From positions 124,001-188,000 of IMG/VR virus record IMGVR_UViG_3300043446_004613: a stretch of DNA of 64,000 nt. The stretch is one strand, 5' to 3'. Positions 45,894-55,585 of this stretch are shown here, one piece after another; positions within the stretch are counted from its first letter, which is position 1, and every line of letters starts with the position of its first letter. The translations under genes were made by a program, and so were the position numbers. Under the pieces are notes generated by a model. The model worked only from the letters and a program-made list of their open reading frames with translations, searched no databases and was not told where the DNA came from.

Positions 45894-46520
45894 ATGAACG
45901 TAAATCTATTCGGCCACCGTTGTCTCGTTGAATTCACACGTCTGAAAACGACGAGCAAAATCGTTATCCCTGACGCAGCCCAAACGCACGATACCCACCG
46001 CATCGGTATTGTTCGCTTTATCGGCGACGGTAAAGTGAAAGGCAAAGATGAACCAGTGCCCTCGTTGGTAAAGCCCGGTGACATGGTCATGTTCCAGATG
46101 AATCAAGTCATGGAGAACACGCAGAAGTATGTCGCTGATGGCAAGCACTACATGAACTTGCTTCAAACGGAGTTGGTGTGCCGGATCAATGGTGAAGATA
46201 TGTCCATCGACAACCTTGAAGCGCTTGGTGACTACACCATCCTCAAGCACTTTGTGCGTGAAGCGTCGGATACCATCATCCTGCCTGATAGCGTTGCCCG
46301 CCAGAACGCCAATGAATTCATCTATTTCAAGCTTTTGAAGAAAGGCTCAACTGTCGATCTGCCGATTAACGTCAATGATGAACTTATCGTCAATTTTGGC
46401 CGCCTTACGCCGATGTTTATCGTCACCAGCGGTCTTGAAGGTACCCGTAACGAGGAATACTGCTACACAAGCAAGGAATGGATCGACGCCGTCGTTTTCA
46501 ATGTCGACACCACACGTTAA
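45894..46520 (+). CDS. groES: co-chaperonin with two tandem GroES-like domains
   Basis: LFGHRCLV...IVIPD...IGDG...VKPGDMV and ALGDYTIL...IILPD...INVNDELI. Confidence 0.72.
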   Translation: MNVNLFGHRCLVEFTRLKTTSKIVIPDAAQTHDTHRIGIVRFIGDGKVKGKDEPVPSLVKPGDMVMFQMNQVMENTQKYVADGKHYMNLLQTELVCRINGEDMSIDNLEALGDYTILKHFVREASDTIILPDSVARQNANEFIYFKLLKKGSTVDLPINVNDELIVNFGRLTPMFIVTSGLEGTRNEEYCYTSKEWIDAVVFNVDTTR

Positions 46521-46551
46521 GCGCGGTACGACCGATCTCTGCGCCGGGGAG

Positions 46552-46758
46552 ATGGTTTGGGGAAAGACGTCCTTGCGGATGTCGAAAGCGCAGTTTCGTA
46601 GGCAGTGCCCTGAGTGCGGTCGGCGCGAAATTTGGGTACCGGCGCGGGGAGCCGCGAAAGGTTACTGGTCAGTTGTTGATCTTCACAATCTCGAACAGCG
46701 AAGCCCAGAATGGCTTGCTTCGCATTTGATGTCTTGGATAACAGGCGACCGTAGTTAA
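46552..46758 (+). CDS. small hypothetical protein
   Basis: 68 aa with CPECG. Confidence 0.35.
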   Translation: MVWGKTSLRMSKAQFRRQCPECGRREIWVPARGAAKGYWSVVDLHNLEQRSPEWLASHLMSWITGDRS

Positions 46759-46761
46759 TGC

Positions 46762-49700
46762 GTGATCGAGCTATTCGTCAATGATGCCCCTTTACCGGCG
46801 TCTCTAGCTGCTAATGCCAATTACACGCTAACCGTTCGTTTGAACGGTGCTGTGGTGTTGCCGTTAAATTGGTCGGTCACCGATGGCACCTCTACAGTCG
46901 CCGAGGGTGCGTCCAGCCCGGTAAAGTTTCAACCTGTAAGTCCGGTACCGCACACGATCGTTGTCCGGGTGATGGGTGAATTCGATTTGCCGCAAACCTA
47001 TGCCCAGACGGTAAATATTGTTGCACGGGGAAGCAGTGCGCAAGCCGGTGTGAACTGGAGCAACCTGATCTTTACGCCCGGCGAAAACATCACAGCCGTC
47101 ATTCAAGCCCGCGACAGTGTAGGTGCGCCTCCCCAAAGCATCCTCTGGACACTTTACCGGAACGGTGTCGAAGTGTTCAAGAGCAGCGGTTCATCCGTGA
47201 ATTACAGTGGTTCAGCGAGCGGTCTTTATCGGTTACGTGGAACGGCTTACTGCAACGATGGATCACAGCTTAGTTTCGACAGTACGGTGCAGTGCTCAGG
47301 TTCGGTTAATGTACGTCACAATCTTCCTGTGCCGGAGTTTGGAGGTAGTTTGGTTTATCTAGGATCGGTGTATACACAAACACTAGCTGCTAACGGCGGT
47401 ACAGCTACCAGCTTGCCGCAACAGATTGCTAGCGTCACCGAAGAAATTTTCCTGCTTCCGGGCACTACGCACTGGACTTTTGATATTGATCCCGGTGCCG
47501 GGCCTCTTGCGGATGAAGTCGTGTTGCGCACGCAAAAAGGTAACTGGTGCTTGAACGGTTTGTCTGGCGGATTGGCTGGTGAAACGGTCGGTTATGACTA
47601 CGGTTACATGCCGACATACATCCCCGCACCGGCAGACCAACACCTGCGTATCACAACGGACACTTTCAGCGTAAGCAGTTTGACCTATAGCGGTTACACA
47701 TCACGGTTGCGCTTAAACTGCTACCGCACCGTGCCTCAAGGCATCTACCGTTACGAGCGCTGCACTAATTCTGACCTGCCGGGTGGCGAAGGTCGGCGTA
47801 ATCGGCGCTGGGCCGCTATCATCACTGAGATGGATGTGCAAACTGACGCCAACACGCGCCTTGACCGCATGGGTGTCGGTGAAAGCCTTACACACTACAC
47901 TACGGTAGATGCTACCAGTGTTCCGTTGATGAATCTTGCCACGAACGGCGCACCGAATCCGATCCAAGCAAATACCGGACTCTTTTACACTGACAGTAAC
48001 TTGTACGCATTTTACGAGTCCGACGGGAAGTACGAGCTAAGCGCTCACGCCATCGCTGCGATTGAAGGTGTACGTCCTTGCTGCATGTCCTTATTGACGT
48101 TCGGCAACACACGTCCGCTGATCAACAACCGGATCAAGCGTTTAACTGGAAAGTTGAGTGTTTATCTTACGGATGGATCGGTAATGGCTGGTTCTGTGAT
48201 CAATGTAACCTTGCTTCGGCAGGAAGGATTAGCGTCAACAATAATTCCTGTAAATGTAACGGAAACTGCTTACGCGGACGACTCCAACACCCTACTTCGT
48301 GTGGGTCAGGCTGAGATCAATATCAGTGACTTTCAGTTCAGCGAGACTGGGCTGGTTATGTCTTTTTCTGTTGACGAGTCCGGTGTCACGGATTCGACGC
48401 CAAATCCGCTGCCTACGCCGATAAGCAGCCCGGATAACATCTACTCGCCGGTTTGGGGACGCACTGTAGTTTACGAAGGGGCTTGCTACACAAACCCAGT
48501 GTACGTTCCGGTATTTGACGGCGAGGGTGTGCTTGTAACGCCAATCGGCGGCTGTCAGACGCCAATCTGTGGCCCGGCAGCGCTTTACTGTTACACCTCG
48601 CTGGAATCACCAGTCACCAAGATCAACGTGGCACAGCCTTTTGGATTTCCTGCCCCGTTTGTCGCCTATGGCGCAGCCCCTGCACGTTGTTATGGTGATC
48701 CTAAAGCGCAGGCGTACTATAACGGCACAAACGTGTCTACAGCGGCGTTCACTGGAACGCAAGCGATTGACCTTTGGGCATATCAAACCACAGACTTTTG
48801 CGGAGAATCCTATCTCTATAACGCCTGCGTAGCATCCGCAGCGTACGCAGCTTCACTGGTAGTTGTTTATCCTACTGCGTCAACACCGCATGCTTACTTG
48901 AGCTATGGCGACCGCCTATACACGTTCGCCGGTACCGTGGATGACTACGGTTCGCGGATGCTCGTTTCCGCTGCTGACGTCATGCCTGCGCTGGATTGTG
49001 AACTAAACGCATCCGTCAACGGCGACTCAGTTGTATACATTGATACCCAGACAGGCATTGAAGTTCCGGTTCGTTTTGACCACCTAGCTGAAGGTATCGC
49101 GCATTACGGAGTAGCCAGCGAGATCATTGACGACTGGAACGACGGTGTAACCGATGGTCGTCGTTCGGTCGGGTTGAATCGCGCTGACACGCTCATCTAC
49201 AGCAGCACCGGCACAGGTAAGCTTATCTTTGACGTCGGGCTGGCTTACCCCAAGAGCCTCGTGCGCGAGCGTGCCGGAGTCCTGACCGCCTACACGATGC
49301 CGTCTGCCACTTATCGCCAGCTGGTTCAAGTGATCCCCGGAGACAAGGTCTATCTGCGCGTTTCTGATGCCTATGGCCGTCTGCCGCATCAGTTGACCGG
49401 TAAAACGGTAGCAGTCAGCTGGCAGGCTATACCTGCACTGCCTCGGCTATACCATGCTGCGCTGCTTGAATACGAAGGCAGCAGCGCCATAAACGCGGTC
49501 GGTTTTTGTGCGTACACCAACCAAGGTGAATACGTTTTTTATGGAACGCTGCCGTATAAAGGCTCGATGTCTGGCCCGGTCAATCCAGACAGTATTGTTA
49601 CAGTCACAGCTGAAGGTACGGAGTACAATCTTATCAGCGCTTCTGCGGTAGGCGACGTTAACTCTTACGAGCTTACGCACCTGCCGGATTACGCAGGCCA

Positions 49701-50070
49701 GCTGCTCAACGGCCCGTTCCTATTCAAGTTTTACGCCGGGCGTGAAGCCTTTGGTGCGCATGGCGAGATGGATGTATGGCTCGATACTGACGGCGAATTT
49801 CCAAATTACTTCCGTGCAGGACAGTTCAGCGCCTTGTCCGTTGGAACATATCGGCGTGACGTGGCTCCAACAGACACGCACCGTAATAGCTTTGCCGTGG
49901 CTGCTTCGGAAACGGTCGTAGATGCCGTATGGCCGCAGCTGGCGGTTGCTGCCGATGGTGAAGTCATTTCAGCCTACAATCCGACCGGTTATTTCGTATA
50001 CGGAGGTAAAACCTTCAATGCTGTTGCACCTGATCCCGGTTTATCTTACTCGATCATCCGGCTGGCATGA
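46762..50070 (+). CDS. large beta-rich virion protein (fibre/baseplate; PKD/Ig-like N-terminus)
   Basis: 1102 aa, Ser/Thr/Gly/Tyr-rich, Cys pairs, GTAGTTA upstream. Confidence 0.6.
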   Translation: MIELFVNDAPLPASLAANANYTLTVRLNGAVVLPLNWSVTDGTSTVAEGASSPVKFQPVSPVPHTIVVRVMGEFDLPQTYAQTVNIVARGSSAQAGVNWSNLIFTPGENITAVIQARDSVGAPPQSILWTLYRNGVEVFKSSGSSVNYSGSASGLYRLRGTAYCNDGSQLSFDSTVQCSGSVNVRHNLPVPEFGGSLVYLGSVYTQTLAANGGTATSLPQQIASVTEEIFLLPGTTHWTFDIDPGAGPLADEVVLRTQKGNWCLNGLSGGLAGETVGYDYGYMPTYIPAPADQHLRITTDTFSVSSLTYSGYTSRLRLNCYRTVPQGIYRYERCTNSDLPGGEGRRNRRWAAIITEMDVQTDANTRLDRMGVGESLTHYTTVDATSVPLMNLATNGAPNPIQANTGLFYTDSNLYAFYESDGKYELSAHAIAAIEGVRPCCMSLLTFGNTRPLINNRIKRLTGKLSVYLTDGSVMAGSVINVTLLRQEGLASTIIPVNVTETAYADDSNTLLRVGQAEINISDFQFSETGLVMSFSVDESGVTDSTPNPLPTPISSPDNIYSPVWGRTVVYEGACYTNPVYVPVFDGEGVLVTPIGGCQTPICGPAALYCYTSLESPVTKINVAQPFGFPAPFVAYGAAPARCYGDPKAQAYYNGTNVSTAAFTGTQAIDLWAYQTTDFCGESYLYNACVASAAYAASLVVVYPTASTPHAYLSYGDRLYTFAGTVDDYGSRMLVSAADVMPALDCELNASVNGDSVVYIDTQTGIEVPVRFDHLAEGIAHYGVASEIIDDWNDGVTDGRRSVGLNRADTLIYSSTGTGKLIFDVGLAYPKSLVRERAGVLTAYTMPSATYRQLVQVIPGDKVYLRVSDAYGRLPHQLTGKTVAVSWQAIPALPRLYHAALLEYEGSSAINAVGFCAYTNQGEYVFYGTLPYKGSMSGPVNPDSIVTVTAEGTEYNLISASAVGDVNSYELTHLPDYAGQLLNGPFLFKFYAGREAFGAHGEMDVWLDTDGEFPNYFRAGQFSALSVGTYRRDVAPTDTHRNSFAVAASETVVDAVWPQLAVAADGEVISAYNPTGYFVYGGKTFNAVAPDPGLSYSIIRLA

Positions 50071-50618
50071 TTTAGAATCTCAGCGGCATCCTGCACGGTA
50101 GGTGGAGCGGCTTTCTTCGTGAAGGCGCTGCGGACTTTTTCGTCCTTTTCACAGATAATAGACAGCGCTCCCAGTACGTTTTCTACGATATAGCGGGCGA
50201 TGTCCTGTTCCGTTTTGGGTACCGGCACGTAGATCACTTGATGATTTTCCACGATCAGCTGCACCGTAAGTTCTGCACCAAGTACATCACTGGCTTTTAC
50301 GACTTTCGCGTTGACCTTGTGGATCGGTGTACCGTCAGGCGCTTTGCCTACGACTTCATTCGTATAAGTGTAACCGGGGAAGGATGTAACAAAAGCAACA
50401 CGCTGTGGTTCAGCTATTTTTAGATCGATAAGGATACCGGACTTTTCGTAGGCATACGTGGTTGTGCTTCCTTCCACGAGTGACGTGAATTCGCGCTGTT
50501 TCATAAACACATCGAGTGCCAGCAAGGCAAATCGATACTGCTGATGGCGCTGACCAGACAAGAGTCTGGCCTTGCTGTCTGAGGCCGCTAGGGAACTGCT
50601 TGCCGGTACTATGTCCAT
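50046..50618 (-). CDS. hypothetical protein
   Basis: C-terminal 190 aa of ORF 50046-51176; ATG 50618 has GTTCTTA 6 nt upstream. Confidence 0.55.
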   Translation of the reverse strand: MDIVPASSSLAASDSKARLLSGQRHQQYRFALLALDVFMKQREFTSLVEGSTTTYAYEKSGILIDLKIAEPQRVAFVTSFPGYTYTNEVVGKAPDGTPIHKVNAKVVKASDVLGAELTVQLIVENHQVIYVPVPKTEQDIARYIVENVLGALSIICEKDEKVRSAFTKKAAPPTVQDAAEILNHASRMIE

Positions 50619-50631
50619 ACAGGCTAAGAAC

Positions 50632-50656
50632 AAAAAAGCCGCCCCGAAGGGCGGCT
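50632..50656 (-). terminator. Rho-independent terminator
   Basis: agccgccc-TTCG-gggcggct followed by T tract on the minus strand, after gene 50680-51207. Confidence 0.88.
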
Positions 50657-50679
50657 CGTGATCTACGCAGACGGCTCGA

Positions 50680-51207
50680 TTAGATGGTCGTGCCGTTGGG
50701 ATTGATGTTACCGGGGCCTGCGTTGATGTTGGCAACGGTAGAGGCTGGGCCAGTAACAGAACCCCACTGCTTGATGAGTTCGTTGCGGCACCAACCTTCG
50801 TCGTAGCCCCAAGCGCGGCGGCCCGTGGCAACGATGTCGATCTGCGCACCGCGCAGGTCGGACTTGTTGCGAAGAACAGCCGAGATGTTGACGGAGGTGT
50901 TGCCAGAGCCGAAGAACGCCACGCGCTTGCTAACAAGCGTGTAGTGACGGGTGACAGTACCACCGGGAGCCACTGCGAAGCCACGGAATCCAGCAGTGAA
51001 CGGAGACGCGGTGTAGGTCGTGTCGATTGTGGCGAAGCCGGAGGGCGACGTTGTACCGTCATATTGACCGAGACGGATGTAAGCGGTGTTAGGCCCCGTG
51101 TTTTCAAACACGAAGTCGATTGCGCCCAGCCGGTCATTGGCGGATTCGGCATAACCTTGGAACACGTTGGCGTCAACGCCGAACGGTACAGAGGATACTT
51201 GGTTCAT
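50680..51207 (-). CDS. abundant virion protein, candidate capsid decoration protein
   Basis: strong codon bias, (CAA)n leader, own terminator, paralog motif FVFENTGPNT. Confidence 0.6.
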   Translation of the reverse strand: MNQVSSVPFGVDANVFQGYAESANDRLGAIDFVFENTGPNTAYIRLGQYDGTTSPSGFATIDTTYTASPFTAGFRGFAVAPGGTVTRHYTLVSKRVAFFGSGNTSVNISAVLRNKSDLRGAQIDIVATGRRAWGYDEGWCRNELIKQWGSVTGPASTVANINAGPGNINPNGTTI

Positions 51208-51335
51208 AGTGATGTTTTGGTTTGTTGTTGTTGTTGTTTATCAGCCAGCCACATGACCGGCATTTGTTGCACCATAACAACGTGTTCACTGCCTACTGCA
51301 TCGAACACTGTTGAAATTCAATGCGCTTAGACGTA

Positions 51336-52358
51336 TCAGCCATTCAATACGTGCCCGCTCATCTCGATCATCTCATCTTCATTCAGGCTGATTCCAACTT
51401 TTGATGGCGGTACTGACTTCAAATAGCGGCGAAGCGTGCCTTCAAACGAGAAATCCGTTTGTTCCGTCTGCTCCTCTGGTGCCTGTTCTTCGTATTTGTA
51501 TTCGGCGACTGCGCGGTTGAACAGCGGATGCCGGAAAAACTGCTCGGATTCGTCGTGGCTGGTCAGCACGACGCGGTAGCGATCCTCGCTGGCTGTGCCT
51601 ACAGAAGTCATGAACTCTGTCAGCGACAGCGTGCGGTATTGCGGGTATCCGGTAAGAGGAACCCACTTCACGGAACAGGTATCAGTGTCTACAATAGCGA
51701 CGCGCTTATCTTGACCGGCTTCACCCCAGTCCTGCTGAAAAGGTGAGCCGATATAGTGGATTTTACTCGTGAGTGACTGGGGCATGTGAATGTGTCCCAT
51801 CAGCACTAGGTTGCACGCAGAAAGCAACTTTTGCGGCACGCCTGTCAGCGCTTTGGCATTATTGAAAAAGGAGCCTTCAATCTCAAAGTGCCCGAATAAT
51901 ATAACCGGGCCTGCACAAGCACCGAGTTTTTTATCGATCCACTCACAGAGCTTCTTATAGTCGCCGGGATAGGATGCAAAAAGCAGGTTCACGTCGTCTA
52001 CTATTTCGTGCCGATAGCGGTCAACTACGGTAAAGCTGTGGTCGAACAAACGGCGATTGTTGACCGAAGCATCGCGTAGGTATTGCTCATGGTTTCCGGT
52101 CAGTTTCCAGCGCGGGCAGTCTGGCAGACCAGCGATGCCCGAGCCAAGTACCTCAACAGTCGTCATCGGTATCGATGACCGATCATCTGTTGTGTCCCCT
52201 AGATCGACTATTCCATCGCAACCTTCCGCCGTGTATATCTCGGCGATGTCCTTAAAGAACTTTTGCGTTCGATAGTGCTGGAGTGTTGTGTTGGGCTTCG
52301 TGAAGCAGAGTTCGTCGCCGTCAGTGGCCTGTAGATCAGCGTAGCATAGCAGTTTCAT
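51336..52358 (-). CDS. sbcD: SbcD/Mre11 (gp47-like) nuclease
   Basis: ADLQ, DLGDTTD, GNHE, GHF, GHIH and YIGSP metallophosphoesterase motifs. Confidence 0.85.
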   Translation of the reverse strand: MKLLCYADLQATDGDELCFTKPNTTLQHYRTQKFFKDIAEIYTAEGCDGIVDLGDTTDDRSSIPMTTVEVLGSGIAGLPDCPRWKLTGNHEQYLRDASVNNRRLFDHSFTVVDRYRHEIVDDVNLLFASYPGDYKKLCEWIDKKLGACAGPVILFGHFEIEGSFFNNAKALTGVPQKLLSACNLVLMGHIHMPQSLTSKIHYIGSPFQQDWGEAGQDKRVAIVDTDTCSVKWVPLTGYPQYRTLSLTEFMTSVGTASEDRYRVVLTSHDESEQFFRHPLFNRAVAEYKYEEQAPEEQTEQTDFSFEGTLRRYLKSVPPSKVGISLNEDEMIEMSGHVLNG

Positions 52359-52439
52359 GCTTTTTAAGAACAGCGTCTGCTTGAAGTTCAATCAGGAAAG
52401 ATGCGTTAAGGGGTTTGCTGTTATTGGTTCTTATTGAAA

Positions 52440-52661
52440 GTGGAACTTACATTGATGACAAAGCTATATTCACTGGCTGTAAACAGACAGGAAGTCTGTC
52501 GGGTCGAAATTGAAGCCCCGGCATGGCTGCCGGTAACGCCGCGTGTACCGAAAGAATGGCTGCGCGGAGTCGTCACCAAGGCGCTTCACCGCTATTTTTC
52601 TGAGTCGTCCCTGTATTTAGATTGTCATGACCGAAGCACGCGCAGCACAATTTTTAATTGA
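52440..52661 (+). CDS. small hypothetical protein
   Basis: GTG 6 nt after GTTCTTA. Confidence 0.4.
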   Translation: MELTLMTKLYSLAVNRQEVCRVEIEAPAWLPVTPRVPKEWLRGVVTKALHRYFSESSLYLDCHDRSTRSTIFN

Positions 52662-53004
52662 AGACCTGCCCTTTAAGCTCAAGAAAGCAGGGGCAGACGA
52701 GAAAGTCTCAGCCGTAGCCAACCGGATGGCTTTGCAGGTCTTTAGTGTCCCTTCGTTGCAGGCTTTTCTTTCTGACTGGAGCGTCACCGATAAAGGCTGT
52801 TCTGACGGTGCCGTGAAAGTTCAGCTGGACTTTTTGCGTTTGCCGCAGGAAATCATCCCCGAGCTTGAGAAATTACTGTGCGTTGACCAGTTCAAGAACC
52901 ACCGGCTGCTAAAATACATCAAGAACGGTCAAGCGCGTACAGGGCTGGAGATTGAGATCAGCCCGAAAGACCTGCCGGGTACGCCTTACAACTATGCCTT
53001 CTGA
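52627..53004 (+). CDS. hypothetical protein
   Basis: 125 aa, RAAQFLIE start. Confidence 0.55.
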   Translation: MTEARAAQFLIEDLPFKLKKAGADEKVSAVANRMALQVFSVPSLQAFLSDWSVTDKGCSDGAVKVQLDFLRLPQEIIPELEKLLCVDQFKNHRLLKYIKNGQARTGLEIEISPKDLPGTPYNYAF

Positions 53005-53302
53005 TGAAGCCAAGAAAGTGGCAGGCACCTACGTTCCCGATGAAGTGAACAAGCTGTCAGAAACGATGGCTTGGCTTACCAAGGAATGTCGTTCTGGCTC
53101 TCTTTCTGAGCACGTAGCTCAATTCTGCAACGAGCAGCGTGAGTTTATAGACAAATCGCTGGTGATCGTTGAAAACGTCACCAGCGACTGTATACACTGT
53201 AGAATTCCCTGCCGCTGCTACGACCACGAAGATGCAGGCACTTTTCCGGTCGATGTCCGCTTCACGCTTAATCCGAAGACGGGGGCGTGTGCTCGGATTT
53301 AA
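52994..53302 (+). CDS. hypothetical protein
   Basis: 102 aa with a Cys cluster. Confidence 0.45.
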   Translation: MPSDEAKKVAGTYVPDEVNKLSETMAWLTKECRSGSLSEHVAQFCNEQREFIDKSLVIVENVTSDCIHCRIPCRCYDHEDAGTFPVDVRFTLNPKTGACARI

Positions 53303-53559
53303 CCGATCTTTTCGTGGTCAACCAGACGATCTGCCGGATTTTTGTATACAAGGCGGCCATCAATGAAGTCATTGACCACCTTACGGGCCTGTTGATTCAG
53401 TGAATTCACGCCGGTAGCTTCGCCGCGCTCGAAGATTTCGGAAAGCTTGCCGTGCTTGTCGCCGCTGAGGCGGAAGCTGACAACGTGTGGATGTGTGATC
53501 GCCTCGCGTTGAACGGCGGCGCTTTTCTTTGTTTTTGGTGCTTTAGTGTTTTTAGCCAT
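53299..53559 (-). CDS. putative ribbon-helix-helix DNA-binding protein
   Basis: HVVSFRLS...KLSEI...SLNQQARKVV pattern; GTTCTTA upstream. Confidence 0.5.
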   Translation of the reverse strand: MAKNTKAPKTKKSAAVQREAITHPHVVSFRLSGDKHGKLSEIFERGEATGVNSLNQQARKVVNDFIDGRLVYKNPADRLVDHEKIG

Positions 53560-53611
53560 ACCTCTAAGAACAGCATTTTGAGAATTTTCTGTTCTCGTAG
53601 TTAAAGATATT

Positions 53612-55585
53612 ATGGCTGATACCAAAACCAGCAGTTTGTTGCGCTACATGGGACTTACGGGTTCGAGTGGGGCGCACACCGGTTCTCTAGTGCCTCGTGC
53701 CCAAACGCCCGACGCCGATCAACGGCTATGGCAGGAATTTCAAGATGCCGGTCGTGTAAGCGATCCTGAAATCTGGACGAAGTTCAATTCCATGATGAAG
53801 CGTCCGACGACGTTCGACGCGATGCTTCAGATGTGGGATGAGATGAGTCAGTGGGACTTGCTGGCGGCAGCGCTCGTCGAAATTGTCGATGAAGCAACGC
53901 AGGCCGATGCCAACAGCCCCGGCACGTTATGGTACCAGTGCAACGATACGGCTTTTGAGGAAGAACTGAACGACATGCTTGTTCGCCTCGATGTCGAGTC
54001 CTTGATTCAATCTCAGGTCTGGTATATCGCCGCGATGGGTAATCACTTCGAGAAATTGGAGTACGCACCGCACGACGGCATCATCGGGATGTCTTTTGTT
54101 CACCCAATGGAGATGCGTCGCTACTGGCTGGAGCGCAACCGCAAATGTATCGGATTCCGCTGGCTAAACCATAAACCGAACAAAGAAGACGTTTTTGTAC
54201 AGCCCGACAACTCGACGCCGGTTGAACGTGTTTCAATGGCCAGCGGCCAGAACGTCGAAGATTTGTGGTATCCGTGGGATTTTATGCACTTTCGCCGCAT
54301 GTTCCGCATGCGCATGAGTGAGCACGGTGAACCAATTTTTTCTGAAGCTGACGGCATCTATAAGAAGCTGCGCTTAGCTGTTGACCAGATGGTCGTCTGC
54401 CGTGCGCAAGTTCAACCTGATCGTTACGCGGTCAGCATCGACACACAAGAGCAACCGCCGATTGAGCAAATGAAAACGGTGCAGCGCTGGCGTCAGACGC
54501 TACGCAGCAAGCTGGCGTTCGGGCAGGTTGGATCGCCGAACGAGATGAATAGTGCCAGTGACTTTACGGCTTATTACAACGCGCTGGCTTTGGACACCAT
54601 GCTGTACATTGCACAGCCCAAAGGTTTCAACAACGTCATCACCAAGCTGCCCGGTACAGCAGACGTGCCTGATGTATACGACATCGAGCTTTTAACCGAC
54701 CTTTTCTACAGCATCATCGGCATGCCAAAGTCATGGTTCAGTAACCAAGGTGGTGGCGGCGGTGGCGGCGGTGAAACACCGTCCGGTCGTGCGTTGCTCG
54801 CTCAAGACATCCGTTTCCTGCGCAAGATCAAGTCCATCCGCAAGCCGATTACCAACTGTTACCAGTGGCTGGCTTACTTCCACGCCGTACTGAAAGGCAA
54901 GGATGTCAGCAAGCTCGACATCAAGGCCATGATGCCTCAGATCGGCAGTCTGGAAGAGCAGATGAAGATGGAAATGCTCGGTATCCAAGCCGACATCTTG
55001 CAGAAGCTAGGTGACGTCATGGAGCAGTACAAGTTGCCCAAGGAAGCGTGGATTGACGTCGTTTTCAAGCGCTACATGCACCTTCCAGACGAAGTTGTTT
55101 CTGTTTTCATGACGGCGCTGCCCTCTGAAATCGAGCAGCAGGAAGAGAGTCTTGGTCGCAAGGGTGCGCCCAAGATGGATAAACTGATCGAAGAGATCAA
55201 CGCCAAGATCGGCAATAGCCGTGAAGGTCAGGCAGCCATGAACATGCTGCGGGAGGTCTACTACAAAGAGAAGTTGCCGCAGGAACCGAAGACCAAGTGG
55301 ACAAAGGAACGTGTCCTTGAGCGTGCGCCGATGAAAGAGAACGACGTTGTTGTATCAAGCTTTGGTCGCCATCCGTTTGAGCTTAAACGCCGCACAAATT
55401 CTGACGGAAAACTCTCCGAGAGCAAAGTCGGCGAAAATGGTGCTGCCGGGGTCATCCAAGCCAAAGTCGATGCTAAGTCTGCGGGCTGGGACGATGACGG
55501 CGCTACGAAGCCTGTCAACGAGTCACAATCAGGTTCCGGCGAGGGCATGGGCGGCCCGTCCGTGTACCGTAAATGGATCGGCTAA
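53612..55585 (+). CDS. portal protein (T4 gp20-like)
   Basis: AALVEIVDEA, MHFRR, YKKLRLAVDQMVVCR..VQPDRYAVSID, ITKLPG, LAQDIRFLRKI. Confidence 0.9.
   Translation: MADTKTSSLLRYMGLTGSSGAHTGSLVPRAQTPDADQRLWQEFQDAGRVSDPEIWTKFNSMMKRPTTFDAMLQMWDEMSQWDLLAAALVEIVDEATQADANSPGTLWYQCNDTAFEEELNDMLVRLDVESLIQSQVWYIAAMGNHFEKLEYAPHDGIIGMSFVHPMEMRRYWLERNRKCIGFRWLNHKPNKEDVFVQPDNSTPVERVSMASGQNVEDLWYPWDFMHFRRMFRMRMSEHGEPIFSEADGIYKKLRLAVDQMVVCRAQVQPDRYAVSIDTQEQPPIEQMKTVQRWRQTLRSKLAFGQVGSPNEMNSASDFTAYYNALALDTMLYIAQPKGFNNVITKLPGTADVPDVYDIELLTDLFYSIIGMPKSWFSNQGGGGGGGGETPSGRALLAQDIRFLRKIKSIRKPITNCYQWLAYFHAVLKGKDVSKLDIKAMMPQIGSLEEQMKMEMLGIQADILQKLGDVMEQYKLPKEAWIDVVFKRYMHLPDEVVSVFMTALPSEIEQQEESLGRKGAPKMDKLIEEINAKIGNSREGQAAMNMLREVYYKEKLPQEPKTKWTKERVLERAPMKENDVVVSSFGRHPFELKRRTNSDGKLSESKVGENGAAGVIQAKVDAKSAGWDDDGATKPVNESQSGSGEGMGGPSVYRKWIG

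Noticed and set aside
50046-51176. 376-aa ORF as a single gene
   Set aside because: The N-terminal half overlaps gene 50680-51207 in another frame and crosses its terminator
54748-54772. Gly8 run in the portal gene
   Set aside because: Mixed GGT/GGC codons in a flexible loop; no sign of a contingency repeat
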